64,000 nt of DNA from Methylococcales bacterium (GCA_018672285.1 JABHGC010000183.1:133-64132); one strand, 5' to 3'. Shown: positions 11,742 through 22,408, counted from the stretch's first letter. The notes: a model not told the origin generated them from the sequence alone. Numbers and translations: made by a program.

Positions 11742-13556
11742 GTGATCAAAAATCTCAGAAATATTGCCATTATCGCTCATGTCGACCACGGCAAAACAAC
11801 GCTTGTTGATGAGCTTCTTCAACAATCTGGCACATTAGGCGATCGCTCTGGTGAAGTAGAACGTGTCATGGATTCCAATGATTTGGAAAAAGAACGTGGC
11901 ATTACCATTACCTCTAAAAACACAGCCATCAAATGGAACGATTACCATATTAATATTGTAGATACCCCGGGCCATGCCGATTTTGGTGGTGAGGTTGAGC
12001 GTATTTTATCTATGGTTGATTGCGTTTTATTATTGGTTGATGCCGTTGATGGCCCCATGCCTCAAACACGTTTTGTGACTCAAAAAGCATTCGAAAAAGG
12101 CCTTTCGCCAATCGTTGTTATCAATAAGGTTGACCGCCCTGGTGCAAGACTTGATTGGGTACTTGATCAAACATTTGATTTATTTGACTCTCTTGGTGCC
12201 ACAGACGATCAATTAGATTTCCCTGTCATTTACGCTTCAGCAATCAATGGCTATGCCAGTTCTGAGGATTCTGTCACTGAAGGCGACATGACCCCACTAT
12301 TTAAAACCATTGTGGAAAGAGTATCTCCACCAGATGTTGATGAAGACGCCCCATTCCAAATGCAAGTCAGTGCCATTGACTTCTCCTCTTATGTTGGTGC
12401 CATCGGTATTGGCCGTATTAAACAAGGCCGAGTCTTTAAAAATTCCCAGGTCATGATTATTGATATTGATGGTGAGATTCGTAAAGGCCGCGTTCAACAA
12501 ATCTTTGGCTTCTTAGGTTTAGATAAAGTAGAGGTTGAAGAAGCCCAAGCGGGTGACATTATTTCTTTCACAGGCATCGATGGCATTGGTATATCCGATA
12601 CCTTGTGTGACCCAGAGCACGTTGTTGCCATGGAGCCATTAACGGTAGATGAACCAACGGTTACCATGACCTTCCAAGTCAACAAGTCACCCTTTGCAGG
12701 CCAAGAAGGCAAATATTTAACCACTCGCCAAATTAGCGATCGGTTAGACCAAGAGCTGATTCACAATGTGGCATTAAGAGTAGAACCAACACCAGATCCT
12801 GATAAGTTTAAAGTGTCTGGCCGTGGTGAATTACATTTATCAATCCTTATTGAGACCATGCGCCGTGAAGGTTACGAGCTTGCTGTATCTCGCCCAGAAG
12901 TTATTTTCAAAGAAATTGACGGTGTTCGTAGTGAGCCTTATGAGTCTGTGACCATTGATGTTGAGGAGCAGTTTCAAGGTAAGATCATGGAGGCTATTGG
13001 TGAGCGTAAGGGCAACTTACAAGACATGGTTCCTGATGGAAAAGGCCGAGTCCGTTTAGACTACATGATCCCTTCTCGTGGCTTAATTGGTTTTCACACC
13101 GACTTTATGAGCATGACATCAGGCACGGGTTTAATGCATCACGTCTTTGATCATTATGGTGTTGCACATCAAGGCAGCTTAGCGGAACGTAAAAATGGCG
13201 TACTGATTTCAAATGGTGTTGGCAAATGCTTAAGCTTCTCTTTATTTAACCTTCAAAGCCGTGGCAAATTATTTTTAGGCCCTGGTACACAAGCGTATGA
13301 AGGAATGATTGTTGGTTTGCATTCACGGGACAATGACTTAGTTGTTAACCCATTAAAAGGGAAACAATTAACGAACGTTCGAGCATCTGGTACTGATGAA
13401 ATGATCCAACTGACACCCCCCATTATTTTTTCACTTGAGCAAGCGCTTGAGTTTATTAATGATGATGAGTTAGTTGAAGTAACGCCTGAAAGCATCCGGT
13501 TACGTAAAACGTTCTTAAAAGAGCACGAGAGAAAGAAAATTGCTCGTGGCGGCTAG
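11742..13556 (+). CDS. typA: Translational GTPase TypA/BipA
   Basis: [56 protein letters not shown]. Confidence 0.99.
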   Translation: MIKNLRNIAIIAHVDHGKTTLVDELLQQSGTLGDRSGEVERVMDSNDLEKERGITITSKNTAIKWNDYHINIVDTPGHADFGGEVERILSMVDCVLLLVDAVDGPMPQTRFVTQKAFEKGLSPIVVINKVDRPGARLDWVLDQTFDLFDSLGATDDQLDFPVIYASAINGYASSEDSVTEGDMTPLFKTIVERVSPPDVDEDAPFQMQVSAIDFSSYVGAIGIGRIKQGRVFKNSQVMIIDIDGEIRKGRVQQIFGFLGLDKVEVEEAQAGDIISFTGIDGIGISDTLCDPEHVVAMEPLTVDEPTVTMTFQVNKSPFAGQEGKYLTTRQISDRLDQELIHNVALRVEPTPDPDKFKVSGRGELHLSILIETMRREGYELAVSRPEVIFKEIDGVRSEPYESVTIDVEEQFQGKIMEAIGERKGNLQDMVPDGKGRVRLDYMIPSRGLIGFHTDFMSMTSGTGLMHHVFDHYGVAHQGSLAERKNGVLISNGVGKCLSFSLFNLQSRGKLFLGPGTQAYEGMIVGLHSRDNDLVVNPLKGKQLTNVRASGTDEMIQLTPPIIFSLEQALEFINDDELVEVTPESIRLRKTFLKEHERKKIARGG

Positions 13557-13572
13557 ACTGTATTAGCCTAAT

Positions 13573-13615
13573 AAAAAATACCTTGAGTGATGAAAATCCT
13601 TGAGGTATTTTTTTT
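13573..13615 (+). terminator. Intrinsic terminator of typA
   Basis: AAAAAATACCTTGAG...CTTGAGGTA stem followed by a T run. Confidence 0.8.
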
Positions 13616-13637
13616 GTCTAGAGATTAAATTTTAGAC

Positions 13638-13775
13638 AAAAAAAAGCCCCGATCCTGGGTAAAGGTCGGAGCTACCACCGCTACTGGGTAAAAGTGCCTA
13701 GATCATCCATGCTTGTCGAAATCCTACCGACATTAATCCATCCGTGAATTGATACATCCCTATAACCAAGGCACA
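13638..13775 (-). ncRNA. Csr/Rsm-type (RsmY/RsmZ/CsrB-like) small RNA
   Basis: No ORF; six GGA motifs, several in short hairpin loops; own intrinsic terminator; GATAAT -10 upstream; GacA/LetA-like box about 60 bp upstream. Confidence 0.7.
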
Positions 13776-13829
13776 GGGGATTATCCCATAGCTTCAGGGA
13801 AATTACTGTCAGCTACATACGTAATATCA

Positions 13830-13847
13830 CGTAAGAAAATGCTTATT
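13830..13847. promoter_or_regulatory. GacA/UvrY/LetA-type binding box
   Basis: cGTAAG-AAAATG-CTTAtt resembles TGTAAG-N6-CTTACA. Confidence 0.6.
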
Positions 13848-13928
13848 TAAATGCCACCCTATGAAAGCGTCTTTCCACAGCCTATAATTTTCATATCTCA
13901 GTGAATTTTTTGGCATTTAGGCAGAGTT

Positions 13929-16502
13929 TTGAAAAAAATACTCGTAATAGAAACATCAGCAACATTGCGACACGGGCTCATTAAATCCTTGTCCGATATT
14001 CCGTATGAATTTTTAATCAATAAAAGTTATGAAGACGGATTAAAATCGCTAGAACGGTACCTCGATGCCAATCCCGATGAGCTAGTCGCCGTTATTGTTG
14101 GCTGGCCTGGGCAAACCTCGGATGCCGCAGATGAAGTCATTGCGCTTTTAGGTGAAGACGAATCACTTCGTAAGTTAGCCACACTCGTTATGGCCGTAGA
14201 AGTAGATCGAATCAAGCTTGACTGGGTGGTGCAAAGACATAACTCCGCTTTACTGCTTTGGGAAGACTATATTGATGTCTCAGTATCACTGTCTAAAATG
14301 TTGGAATCAACTGAGCCTAAAGAATCCGCGCCAGCAGTCGTCGAAAAAAAGGTCGAACTGACCGCTAAAGAAGACACTATCCGAGTGTTACTGGTCGATG
14401 ACTCCCCCACTGTTCGAGTGTTTTACAAACGTTTATTCATTAGTAATGGTTACGTCACTGAGGCGGCTTCCGGCTATAAAGAAGCACTTAAAATGGCTAA
14501 AAACAACCATTATGACGTGGCCGTTATTGATTACTTCATGCCCGATATGAATGGTGATGAGCTGGTTAAGCTTTTCAAATCTGAACCGGCTACAAGCCAT
14601 ATCTGGGCTGCCATCTTTACTGGCACATACTTAGATCAAGTCATTAAGGACTCGCTCGATGCGGGTGCTGTGGAATGTATGTTTAAAAACGAAGCCGACG
14701 AATTAGTCGTCGCTCGTTTAGATGCGGTTAGCCGAACCATTCGGGCAAACCGAAATGTCGAAAAAGAACGTAGACGACTTCAAGGCATCTTAAGTTCAGT
14801 GGGTGACGGTGTTTACGGTGTCAATACAGAAGGTTTAATCACCTTTATAAACCCTGCTGCATGTCGAATTTTAGGGCGCAAAGAACAAGATGAATTTATC
14901 GGTAAAACACCACATTCTCTTTTTCATTATGCCCTCAGTGATGGCACACCAAGCAACGAGGAAAGTTGCTATCTACAGCAAGCCTATGGCAAAGGGAAAT
15001 TGTTGCATGCTTGGGAAACCATTTTTTGGAGCGATAACTCCAAGCCGTTGCCAGTAGAATGCACTGTTTATCCGCTACAAATCGACAATCAGCTACAAGG
15101 CTCTGTGGTTGCCTTCAGAGATATATCAGAGCGGAAACTGCTAGAAGAAGAGCTGAAGTGGCAAGTCAACCACGACCACTTAACCAAATTATTAAATCGT
15201 CACTACTTTGATGACGAGCTAAAAAAAGAAGTCCGCCGATTAAAACGCTCAGAAGAAAAAAGCGCCCTGCTCTACATTGATTTAGATCGGTTTAAGTACC
15301 TCAATGATACCGCAGGCCATAGCGCAGGTGATCAGCTACTGGTAGAAGTTGGCCAGCAACTGTCTGCTCGCCTTCGTGCATCAGATATGTTGGCACGCCT
15401 AGGTGGCGATGAATTTGCGGTTATTTTGCGTAATATAAACATTGATATGGTCACAACACTTGCCGATCAATATCGTGAAGTGTTGCACTATTGTACCTTC
15501 CACTTTGAAGGGCAACAGTACAAAATTGACGGCTCTGTTGGTGTTGCCATCATTGATAAAACATCAAAATCACCTGATGAAGTTTTGGCACATGCCGATA
15601 TTGCTTGCCACATGGCAAAACAACAAGGCCGTAACCAGACCCATGTCTATGACATTGTAGAAGATGAAAAAATGTCCATGGACTTGGATTTAGGATGGTC
15701 GGCAAGGCTTCGAGAAGCCCTGTTAAACAATTTATTTGAGCTGCATTACCAGCCCATTTCAAAAATTGCAGACTTAGACTTAAATGAGTTACCGAAAGAA
15801 GGACCCCTATTAGATCCAGAAGTTGAGAGTCCTAGCCTTGTCCCTAGTCATTACGAAGTCCTGATCAGATTACGAATGGATCCTGAGGGACCTTTGATTT
15901 TTCCCAATACTTTTTTGCCAACAGCAGAACGCTTCAATTTAATGCAAGAGATTGATCGCTGGGTAATTGAGCGTGCCATTCAACAACTGGCCTTATCCAA
16001 TAGCACCGGCCAAAAAGCAAACTTTGCCATCAATTTGTCAGGGCACAGCTTAGGGGATGATTCTGTATTACCTTTTGTCATGGAGCTGATCAAAGAATAT
16101 AACGCCAACCCCAAAAACATCATCTTTGAAATCACTGAAACGACCGCTATTTCTAATATGGAATCTGCCCAAAAACTCATTAACGAACTGAGTGCCATCG
16201 GTATTCGCTTCTCTCTAGACGATTTTGGTTGTGGTTTTAGTTCTTTTGCCCACCTAAAACAACTCCAAGCAGACTACATTAAAATTGACGGGATGTTTGT
16301 ACAAGGGATGTTATCTGACCCCATTGACCAAGCAATGGTAAGGTCAATGAATGACATCGCCCACTCTTTGGGCAAGAAAACGATTGCAGAATTTGTAGAA
16401 AATATTGATATTTTGAAAAAACTCGATGAATTTGGTGTGGACTATATCCAAGGGTATTATCTTGGTAAACCCACGACCCATATCTATAAGCACGACGAGT
16501 AA
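13929..16502 (+). CDS. REC(degenerate)-REC-PAS-GGDEF-EAL c-di-GMP enzyme
   Basis: LLVDDS/VIDYFMPD receiver, GVYGVNTEG PAS, RASDMLARLGGDEF, YEVLIR, LDDFGCGFSS, QGYY. Confidence 0.95.
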   Translation: MKKILVIETSATLRHGLIKSLSDIPYEFLINKSYEDGLKSLERYLDANPDELVAVIVGWPGQTSDAADEVIALLGEDESLRKLATLVMAVEVDRIKLDWVVQRHNSALLLWEDYIDVSVSLSKMLESTEPKESAPAVVEKKVELTAKEDTIRVLLVDDSPTVRVFYKRLFISNGYVTEAASGYKEALKMAKNNHYDVAVIDYFMPDMNGDELVKLFKSEPATSHIWAAIFTGTYLDQVIKDSLDAGAVECMFKNEADELVVARLDAVSRTIRANRNVEKERRRLQGILSSVGDGVYGVNTEGLITFINPAACRILGRKEQDEFIGKTPHSLFHYALSDGTPSNEESCYLQQAYGKGKLLHAWETIFWSDNSKPLPVECTVYPLQIDNQLQGSVVAFRDISERKLLEEELKWQVNHDHLTKLLNRHYFDDELKKEVRRLKRSEEKSALLYIDLDRFKYLNDTAGHSAGDQLLVEVGQQLSARLRASDMLARLGGDEFAVILRNINIDMVTTLADQYREVLHYCTFHFEGQQYKIDGSVGVAIIDKTSKSPDEVLAHADIACHMAKQQGRNQTHVYDIVEDEKMSMDLDLGWSARLREALLNNLFELHYQPISKIADLDLNELPKEGPLLDPEVESPSLVPSHYEVLIRLRMDPEGPLIFPNTFLPTAERFNLMQEIDRWVIERAIQQLALSNSTGQKANFAINLSGHSLGDDSVLPFVMELIKEYNANPKNIIFEITETTAISNMESAQKLINELSAIGIRFSLDDFGCGFSSFAHLKQLQADYIKIDGMFVQGMLSDPIDQAMVRSMNDIAHSLGKKTIAEFVENIDILKKLDEFGVDYIQGYYLGKPTTHIYKHDE

Positions 16503-16575
16503 GATCTGAGACAGTTGACCTTAGAAATTATTTAATGAATAGTGAAACGCTCAATGTCTTTCAAAGTGTTTTACT

Positions 16576-17517
16576 ATGCGCGGGCCTTTTCCAAACATAA
16601 AACCCTACCAAACCCATCAGCTTGCCGTCTCTGAAATACACACACTATACATCGAAGAATGTGGCAACCCCGACGGTATGCCTGTGCTTGTATTACAAGA
16701 TGAACCAGGCTTAGGTTGCCAACCCTACCATCGCCAATTTTTTAACCCAGAGCGCTACCGAATTATTTTGTTTGACCAGCGCGGCAGTGGCCGCTCAACC
16801 CCTCAGGGTGAGTTAAAAGACAACCATACCACCGCTTTATTAGACGACATTAGCCACATCCGACAGCACCTTGAAGTCACTCAATGGCTGGTCTTTGGCA
16901 ATTATTGGGGGGCGACTTTAGCGTTACTGTATGCACAAGCCCATCCATTTCATTTATTTGGGCTTGTTTTAAGCAATGTATTCTTAGGTCGAGAAGAAGA
17001 CATCGATTGGATCTTTAGCGAAGGGGCTCACCGCTTTTACCCCGAACAATGGGAAGCCTTTCAAAAAGGGGTCAGAGTCAGTGAACGACATGATTTATTA
17101 CCCGCTTACTATCAGCAACTCACCGGCAATAATGACATCGCCCAGAGACAAGCGGCTAAAAAATGGGCCAATTGGTTAGATACCCTCTCAGCAGAAGAGC
17201 TCAGTAATGACACCGATGTGAGTAGAAGCTCCTTAGGCCAAGCCCGAATTGAAGCCCATTTTTATCATCACCAATGTTTTCTCAAAGGTGACCAGATTAT
17301 GAATAATGTCCACCGATTAGAAGAAATTCCGGGTATTATTTTGCATGGACGCTATAACATTGTCAGCCCGCTCATTAATGCATGGCGACTTAAACGCCAA
17401 TGGGGTGATACCGCGATTTCTGTTTTACCGGATGTTGGCCATAACCTATTTGCACCCGCCATGACAGAAGCCATTTTAAATGCAACGTTCTTTTTTGCCG
17501 AACAATATGGAGCATAG
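16576..17517 (+). CDS. pip: Proline iminopeptidase homologue with substituted catalytic residues
   Basis: HTLYIEECGNPDG, ILFDQRGSGRSTP, QARIEAHF; upstream of dtd; GNYWG in place of GGSWG. Confidence 0.85.
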   Translation: MRGPFPNIKPYQTHQLAVSEIHTLYIEECGNPDGMPVLVLQDEPGLGCQPYHRQFFNPERYRIILFDQRGSGRSTPQGELKDNHTTALLDDISHIRQHLEVTQWLVFGNYWGATLALLYAQAHPFHLFGLVLSNVFLGREEDIDWIFSEGAHRFYPEQWEAFQKGVRVSERHDLLPAYYQQLTGNNDIAQRQAAKKWANWLDTLSAEELSNDTDVSRSSLGQARIEAHFYHHQCFLKGDQIMNNVHRLEEIPGIILHGRYNIVSPLINAWRLKRQWGDTAISVLPDVGHNLFAPAMTEAILNATFFFAEQYGA

Positions 17518-17520
17518 CGA

Positions 17521-17958
17521 GTGATCGCGTTGATTCAAAGAGTCTCATTTGCCAAGGTCGTGGTTAATAGCGAGACCATCGGTGCCATTGACCATGGCAT
17601 ACTCGCCCTGGTGTGTGTGGAAAAAGAAGACACCGATGAGCAACCGCAAAAATTACTCAACAAAGTGCTCAATTATCGAATTTTTGCCGATGATCAAGAT
17701 CGAATGAGTTTAAATGTAGGTAATGTCAACGGCGGTTTATTGCTTGTCCCACAGTTCACTTTGGCTGCCAATACCAGCAAAGGCACAAAACCCAGTTTTT
17801 CTAAGGCTGCGCCCCCTGAAATGGGCAAACGCTTATTTGATAACATGGTGACGTTAGCCCGTGGAACCGATGTTCCTATATCCACCGGGCAATTTGGCGC
17901 AGACATGCAAGTCCAACTACAAAATGAAGGGCCCGTTACCTTCTGGTTACAAGTGTAA
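17521..17958 (+). CDS. dtd: D-aminoacyl-tRNA deacylase
   Basis: ALIQRV, PQFTL, GQFGADMQV, NEGPVT with the GP motif. Confidence 0.96.
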   Translation: MIALIQRVSFAKVVVNSETIGAIDHGILALVCVEKEDTDEQPQKLLNKVLNYRIFADDQDRMSLNVGNVNGGLLLVPQFTLAANTSKGTKPSFSKAAPPEMGKRLFDNMVTLARGTDVPISTGQFGADMQVQLQNEGPVTFWLQV

Positions 17959-17963
17959 CCAGA

Positions 17964-18713
17964 CTATGCAATACACATCCCTGCTTGAGTTAAACAAGCG
18001 GCTTGGGCATCTCGCCACTCTTTAACATTGGCTAAAGCATGTTTGAGTTTATCAACGACTTGCGCGACTGCCGACTTTAAGGATGGCAAAGCGGCTTGGC
18101 TAGAAAGCTCATTGTTGACCAATGCCTGGCTAAGCAACGACTCGATCTTTTCTTCCGTTGTTTGAATATCACTGGCAATATCAAGTAACCCTGTTAAGCA
18201 GTTAAAGGTGCGCTCAGCCCGTTCAATACTATTCACAAAATCAAGTAATTCACGCTGCATATCCATATCAGCATCCATTAAATCATAGCGATTACCTAAA
18301 ATGGTTAATGCACTGGCGTGGCCCTCGTAAACATCATTTAAATCGTGAACTAAGGCTTTAATCAGGTCACCCTGTTGCTGCTCAGTTCCAATTAAATCTG
18401 TAATTTCATGGCGTAAACGCTCTGTTTCTTCTCCAATTTTATCGTATAACGCTTGTTTTTTAGTTTGATGCTCTAAATTGTCCTCATCAAGCTCCGTTTG
18501 TAAAATGAGGATAATCTCTTGTTTCTCTTCGGCTGTTGTAAAAAATTCCAAATTATTAAAAACTGAGTCTGCTAATTTTTCTTGAGCATGTTTAATCAAC
18601 AACAGCTCATTTTTCACCAATCTAAATTCGTTGAGCTTTTGGTACCGGCCATCTGTGTGGTCATTACCAAAATGGATATCAACGTCATTTACAGCGATTG
18701 CTAACCCCATCAC
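17964..18713 (-). CDS. Hypothetical helical/coiled-coil protein
   Basis: 249-aa ORF with GGAAGG RBS; heptad-rich; no family recognised. Confidence 0.7.
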   Translation of the reverse strand: MMGLAIAVNDVDIHFGNDHTDGRYQKLNEFRLVKNELLLIKHAQEKLADSVFNNLEFFTTAEEKQEIILILQTELDEDNLEHQTKKQALYDKIGEETERLRHEITDLIGTEQQQGDLIKALVHDLNDVYEGHASALTILGNRYDLMDADMDMQRELLDFVNSIERAERTFNCLTGLLDIASDIQTTEEKIESLLSQALVNNELSSQAALPSLKSAVAQVVDKLKHALANVKEWRDAQAACLTQAGMCIA

Positions 18714-19230
18714 ACCTTCCCCTTATTGAGTGTGTAATCACTTGCGTTAAATACAGTATTGTTTGCTTTAACCACTAATGAAATCCTCAATCGGTAAAAC
18801 TGAGACTTTGGCCACAAAAAAATCGAAAAAACACCAAAGACATTACAAAATTATTAACTATAAAAACAATGATGGAAAAATTAATTCAATTGAACATCAA
18901 ATGTTTATCAAACTTCAAATAACCAAATAAACTGTTTCAATGAAAACAATTATATCATTTTATCGGCAATTTTCGTCACCGCTAATCAGGCTAAAACCAA
19001 CAGCTTATCTAAAGGCAAATAGATTTAAGTAAGAAAACCAGTATGCCAGTAAGCCGGGTATACCAATGGCTTTAGCCTAGCCTGCAAAAAACAGGTCATC
19101 GCTGAGGGTTAACTCAAAAAATGCCAGAAAACCCACAATTAGAAAATTTTACAGGGTTATCTGAACAGTTACTTTCACATCATGGTTTTGTTATCCTATG
19201 CCGCACAGACACTATATAGATGAGATCAGC

Positions 19231-19821
19231 ATGGCCAGAACAGCCCAGGTAACCCGCAATACCCTCGAAACTCAAATTCAAGTTGAAGTAAACCTCGACG
19301 GTACAGGTAAAACTAATTTTGACACCGGCTTACCCTTTTTAGAGCACATGCTAGATCAAGTCGCACGCCATGGCATGATGGACTTAACCATTAAAGCCGT
19401 TGGCGATTTACATATAGATGCCCACCACACCGTAGAAGACATTGGCATTACCCTCGGCCAAGCATTCAGCAAAGCGGTTGGCGATAAAAAAGGCATTCAA
19501 CGCTATGGCCATGCCTATGTGCCTTTAGATGAAGCATTGTCCCGAGTAGTGATCGATTTCTCCGGCCGCCCAGGCTTAGAGATGCATGCTGATTTTAATC
19601 GCGGCATGATTGGCAATTTTGATGTGGATTTATTTTTTGAATTTTTCCAGGGATTCATCAACCACGCCAATACCACCTTACACATCGATTGTATTCGTGG
19701 TCGTAATGCTCACCACATTGCAGAAACCATCTTTAAAGCTTGGGGCCGAGCATTGCGTATGGCACTAACGGCTGATGAGCGTATGAAAGATGTAATCCCA
19801 TCGACAAAAGGTTCGCTTTAA
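19231..19821 (+). CDS. hisB: Imidazoleglycerol-phosphate dehydratase (monofunctional)
   Basis: [21 protein letters not shown]; start moved to ATG GCC AGA at 19231. Confidence 0.97.
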   Translation: MARTAQVTRNTLETQIQVEVNLDGTGKTNFDTGLPFLEHMLDQVARHGMMDLTIKAVGDLHIDAHHTVEDIGITLGQAFSKAVGDKKGIQRYGHAYVPLDEALSRVVIDFSGRPGLEMHADFNRGMIGNFDVDLFFEFFQGFINHANTTLHIDCIRGRNAHHIAETIFKAWGRALRMALTADERMKDVIPSTKGSL

Positions 19822-20456
19822 TGTCCTCAATTGCCATCATTGATTATGGGATGGGTAACTTACACTCCATTAAAAAAGCCATTCAGCACGTCACTGACGA
19901 TACCGTCCAAGTAACCGCAGACCACGATGTGATTATGTCTGCTGACCGAGTCGTACTGCCAGGTGTTGGTGCCATTAGAGATTGCATGGGTGAAATGCGT
20001 AAACAAGGTGTGGCTGATGTAGCAATGGAAGCGGCGAAAAGTAAACCGTTCTTAGGTATTTGCATTGGTATGCAAGCACTGCTGAGCCACTCTGATGAAA
20101 ATAATGGCGTGGCGTGTTTTGACCTATTCCCAGGTAATATTCACCATTTTCCGAAGAAAATAGATGATCAATCTGGTGAATTGATGAAAATCCCACACAT
20201 GGGTTGGAATCAAGTGACTCAAAATGGCAGCCATCCTTTATGGGCCAACATCCCCCAAGACAGCCGCTTTTATTTTGTACACAGCTATTACCTACCAACC
20301 GACAATTTTGCACACACTGTGGGCAGTTGTCACTATGCCGCCCCCTTTGTGGCCGCATTGGCTAAGGACAATGTTTTTGCCGTACAATTCCACCCGGAAA
20401 AAAGCCACACAGTCGGCTTACAACTATTAGAGAATTTCACTCAGTGGAATGGCTAA
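19821..20456 (+). CDS. hisH: Imidazole glycerol phosphate synthase glutaminase subunit
   Basis: IDYGMGNL, GICIGMQ, FYFVHSY, QFHPEKS. Confidence 0.98.
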   Translation: MSSIAIIDYGMGNLHSIKKAIQHVTDDTVQVTADHDVIMSADRVVLPGVGAIRDCMGEMRKQGVADVAMEAAKSKPFLGICIGMQALLSHSDENNGVACFDLFPGNIHHFPKKIDDQSGELMKIPHMGWNQVTQNGSHPLWANIPQDSRFYFVHSYYLPTDNFAHTVGSCHYAAPFVAALAKDNVFAVQFHPEKSHTVGLQLLENFTQWNG

Positions 20457-20482
20457 AACGCATTATTGATAAGGAATAATCC

Positions 20483-21229
20483 ATGATTTTAATCCCAGCC
20501 ATTGATCTTAAAGATGGCCTTTGTGTTCGTTTGCGCCAAGGCATAATGGAAGATAACACCGTATTTTCAGATACCCCAGTTGAGGTCGCCAAACAGTGGG
20601 TCGACCAAGGGGCGGAAAGGCTACACATGGTCGACTTAAATGGTGCGTTTGCCGGTGAGCCTGTCAATGCAGCCGTTGTTCATGAAGTGTGTAAACAGTT
20701 CCCTGACCTTATTGTACAAATTGGTGGTGGCATTCGTGATTTTGCCACCATTGAAACGTATCTGAATGCAGGCGTTCAATATTGTATTATTGGCACTAAA
20801 GCCGTGAAAGAACCTGAGTTTGTACAGCAAGCCTGTGAAAAATTTCCTGGCCATATCATCGTCGGTTTAGATGCTAAAAATGGTAAAGTAGCCACCGATG
20901 GCTGGGCTGAAGTATCTGAACTGGATGTGACGGATTTAGCCAAACAGTTTGAAAACCAAGGAGTTTCTTCCATCGTATACACCGATATTGCCCGCGACGG
21001 TATGATGCAAGGGGTTAACATTGAAGCCACAGTGGCACTCGCCAATGCCATCTCCATCCCAGTCGTTGCCTCAGGTGGTATTACCAATATGGATGATATT
21101 CAAGGCCTAGGAGATACCGGCTGTAAAGGCATTACCGCTGCCATTACAGGTCGTGCTATTTACGAAGGTACCTTAGATTTTAAAACCGGTGCTGCACTCG
21201 CCAAGTCTTTTGATGAGCCTAACTCATGA
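20483..21229 (+). CDS. hisA: ProFAR isomerase
   Basis: [33 protein letters not shown]. Confidence 0.98.
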   Translation: MILIPAIDLKDGLCVRLRQGIMEDNTVFSDTPVEVAKQWVDQGAERLHMVDLNGAFAGEPVNAAVVHEVCKQFPDLIVQIGGGIRDFATIETYLNAGVQYCIIGTKAVKEPEFVQQACEKFPGHIIVGLDAKNGKVATDGWAEVSELDVTDLAKQFENQGVSSIVYTDIARDGMMQGVNIEATVALANAISIPVVASGGITNMDDIQGLGDTGCKGITAAITGRAIYEGTLDFKTGAALAKSFDEPNS

Positions 21230-21999
21230 GCCTTGCTAAACGCATTATCCCCTGCCTTGATGTACGTGATGGCCGAGTGGTTAAGGGCGTTCAATTTGTC
21301 GATATTCGAGATGCAGGCGATCCTGTTGAAGTGGCTCGCCGCTACGACCGAGAAGGCGCGGATGAAATCACCTTTCTCGACATTACAGCCAGTTCCGATA
21401 ATCGAGACACCATTGTTCATGTGGTTGAACAAGTTGCCGGTGAAGTCTTTATCCCTTTAACCGTGGGTGGTGGCATTCGCTGCACAGATGATATTAGACG
21501 AATGCTCAATGCAGGTGCTGACAAAGTCGGTATCAATACCGCTGCGGTGTTTAACCCTGAATTTGTCAAAGAAGCAGCAGACAAATTTGGCTCCCAATGT
21601 ATTGTCGTCGCCATTGATGCGAAGTGTGTGTCAGCTGAAAGCGAACCTAAAAAATGGGAAATTTTTACCCATGGTGGCCGCAAAGGTACCGGCCTTGATG
21701 CCATTGAGTGGGCACAAAAAATGACTGACTATGGCGCAGGTGAAATTTTGCTTACCAGCATGGACCAAGATGGCACCAAAGTGGGGTTTGATTTAGAGCT
21801 TACTGCCGCTGTTAGCCATGCGGTGAGTATTCCGGTTATCGCCTCTGGAGGGGTGGGTAATCTAGACCACCTTGTTGAAGGCATCACCAAAGGCCATGCA
21901 GATGCCGTACTTGCGGCCAGTATTTTTCACTTCGCAGAGTACAGCGTTGAAGAAGCCAAATTACACATGCAAAAACACGGAATAGAAGTAAGATTATGA
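21226..21999 (+). CDS. hisF: Imidazole glycerol phosphate synthase cyclase subunit
   Basis: [38 protein letters not shown]. Confidence 0.98.
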   Translation: MSLAKRIIPCLDVRDGRVVKGVQFVDIRDAGDPVEVARRYDREGADEITFLDITASSDNRDTIVHVVEQVAGEVFIPLTVGGGIRCTDDIRRMLNAGADKVGINTAAVFNPEFVKEAADKFGSQCIVVAIDAKCVSAESEPKKWEIFTHGGRKGTGLDAIEWAQKMTDYGAGEILLTSMDQDGTKVGFDLELTAAVSHAVSIPVIASGGVGNLDHLVEGITKGHADAVLAASIFHFAEYSVEEAKLHMQKHGIEVRL

Positions 22000-22316
22000 A
22001 CCAAGACGTATTAGCTGAACTTGATAAAATTTTACAATCCCGTAAGCAAGCAGAACCAGATAGCTCTTATGTTGCAAAGCTATACGACAAAGGTTTAGAC
22101 ACCATTTTGAAAAAGGTGGGAGAAGAAGCCACAGAAACAGTGATCGCGGGTAAAGGGGGCAACAAAGACGAAATTATTTATGAAACAGCGGACTTATGGT
22201 TTCATTCTATGATTTTACTCGCGCAGTATGACCTTTCTTCGGATGACATTTTAAAAGAACTAGGCCGTCGATTTGGCCTCTCTGGCTTAGAAGAAAAAGC
22301 CAATAGAACTAAATAA
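21996..22316 (+). CDS. hisE: Phosphoribosyl-ATP pyrophosphatase (monofunctional)
   Basis: [33 protein letters not shown]. Confidence 0.96.
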   Translation: MNQDVLAELDKILQSRKQAEPDSSYVAKLYDKGLDTILKKVGEEATETVIAGKGGNKDEIIYETADLWFHSMILLAQYDLSSDDILKELGRRFGLSGLEEKANRTK

Positions 22317-22408
22317 CTAACCTAGATCAACCCTTTGCTTAGATTATCGCGTATAATACTTACTAATATTATAAACATTATCACTTATACAAAAACAGGT
22401 AACACATT

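Noticed and set aside
18933-18948. parS-like TGTTTCAATGAAAACA
   Set aside because: Only 12 of 16 match to TGTTTCACGTGAAACA, with the central CGTG broken, in AT-rich DNA.
18714-19230. His attenuator leader
   Set aside because: No run of His codons and no terminator/antiterminator pair.
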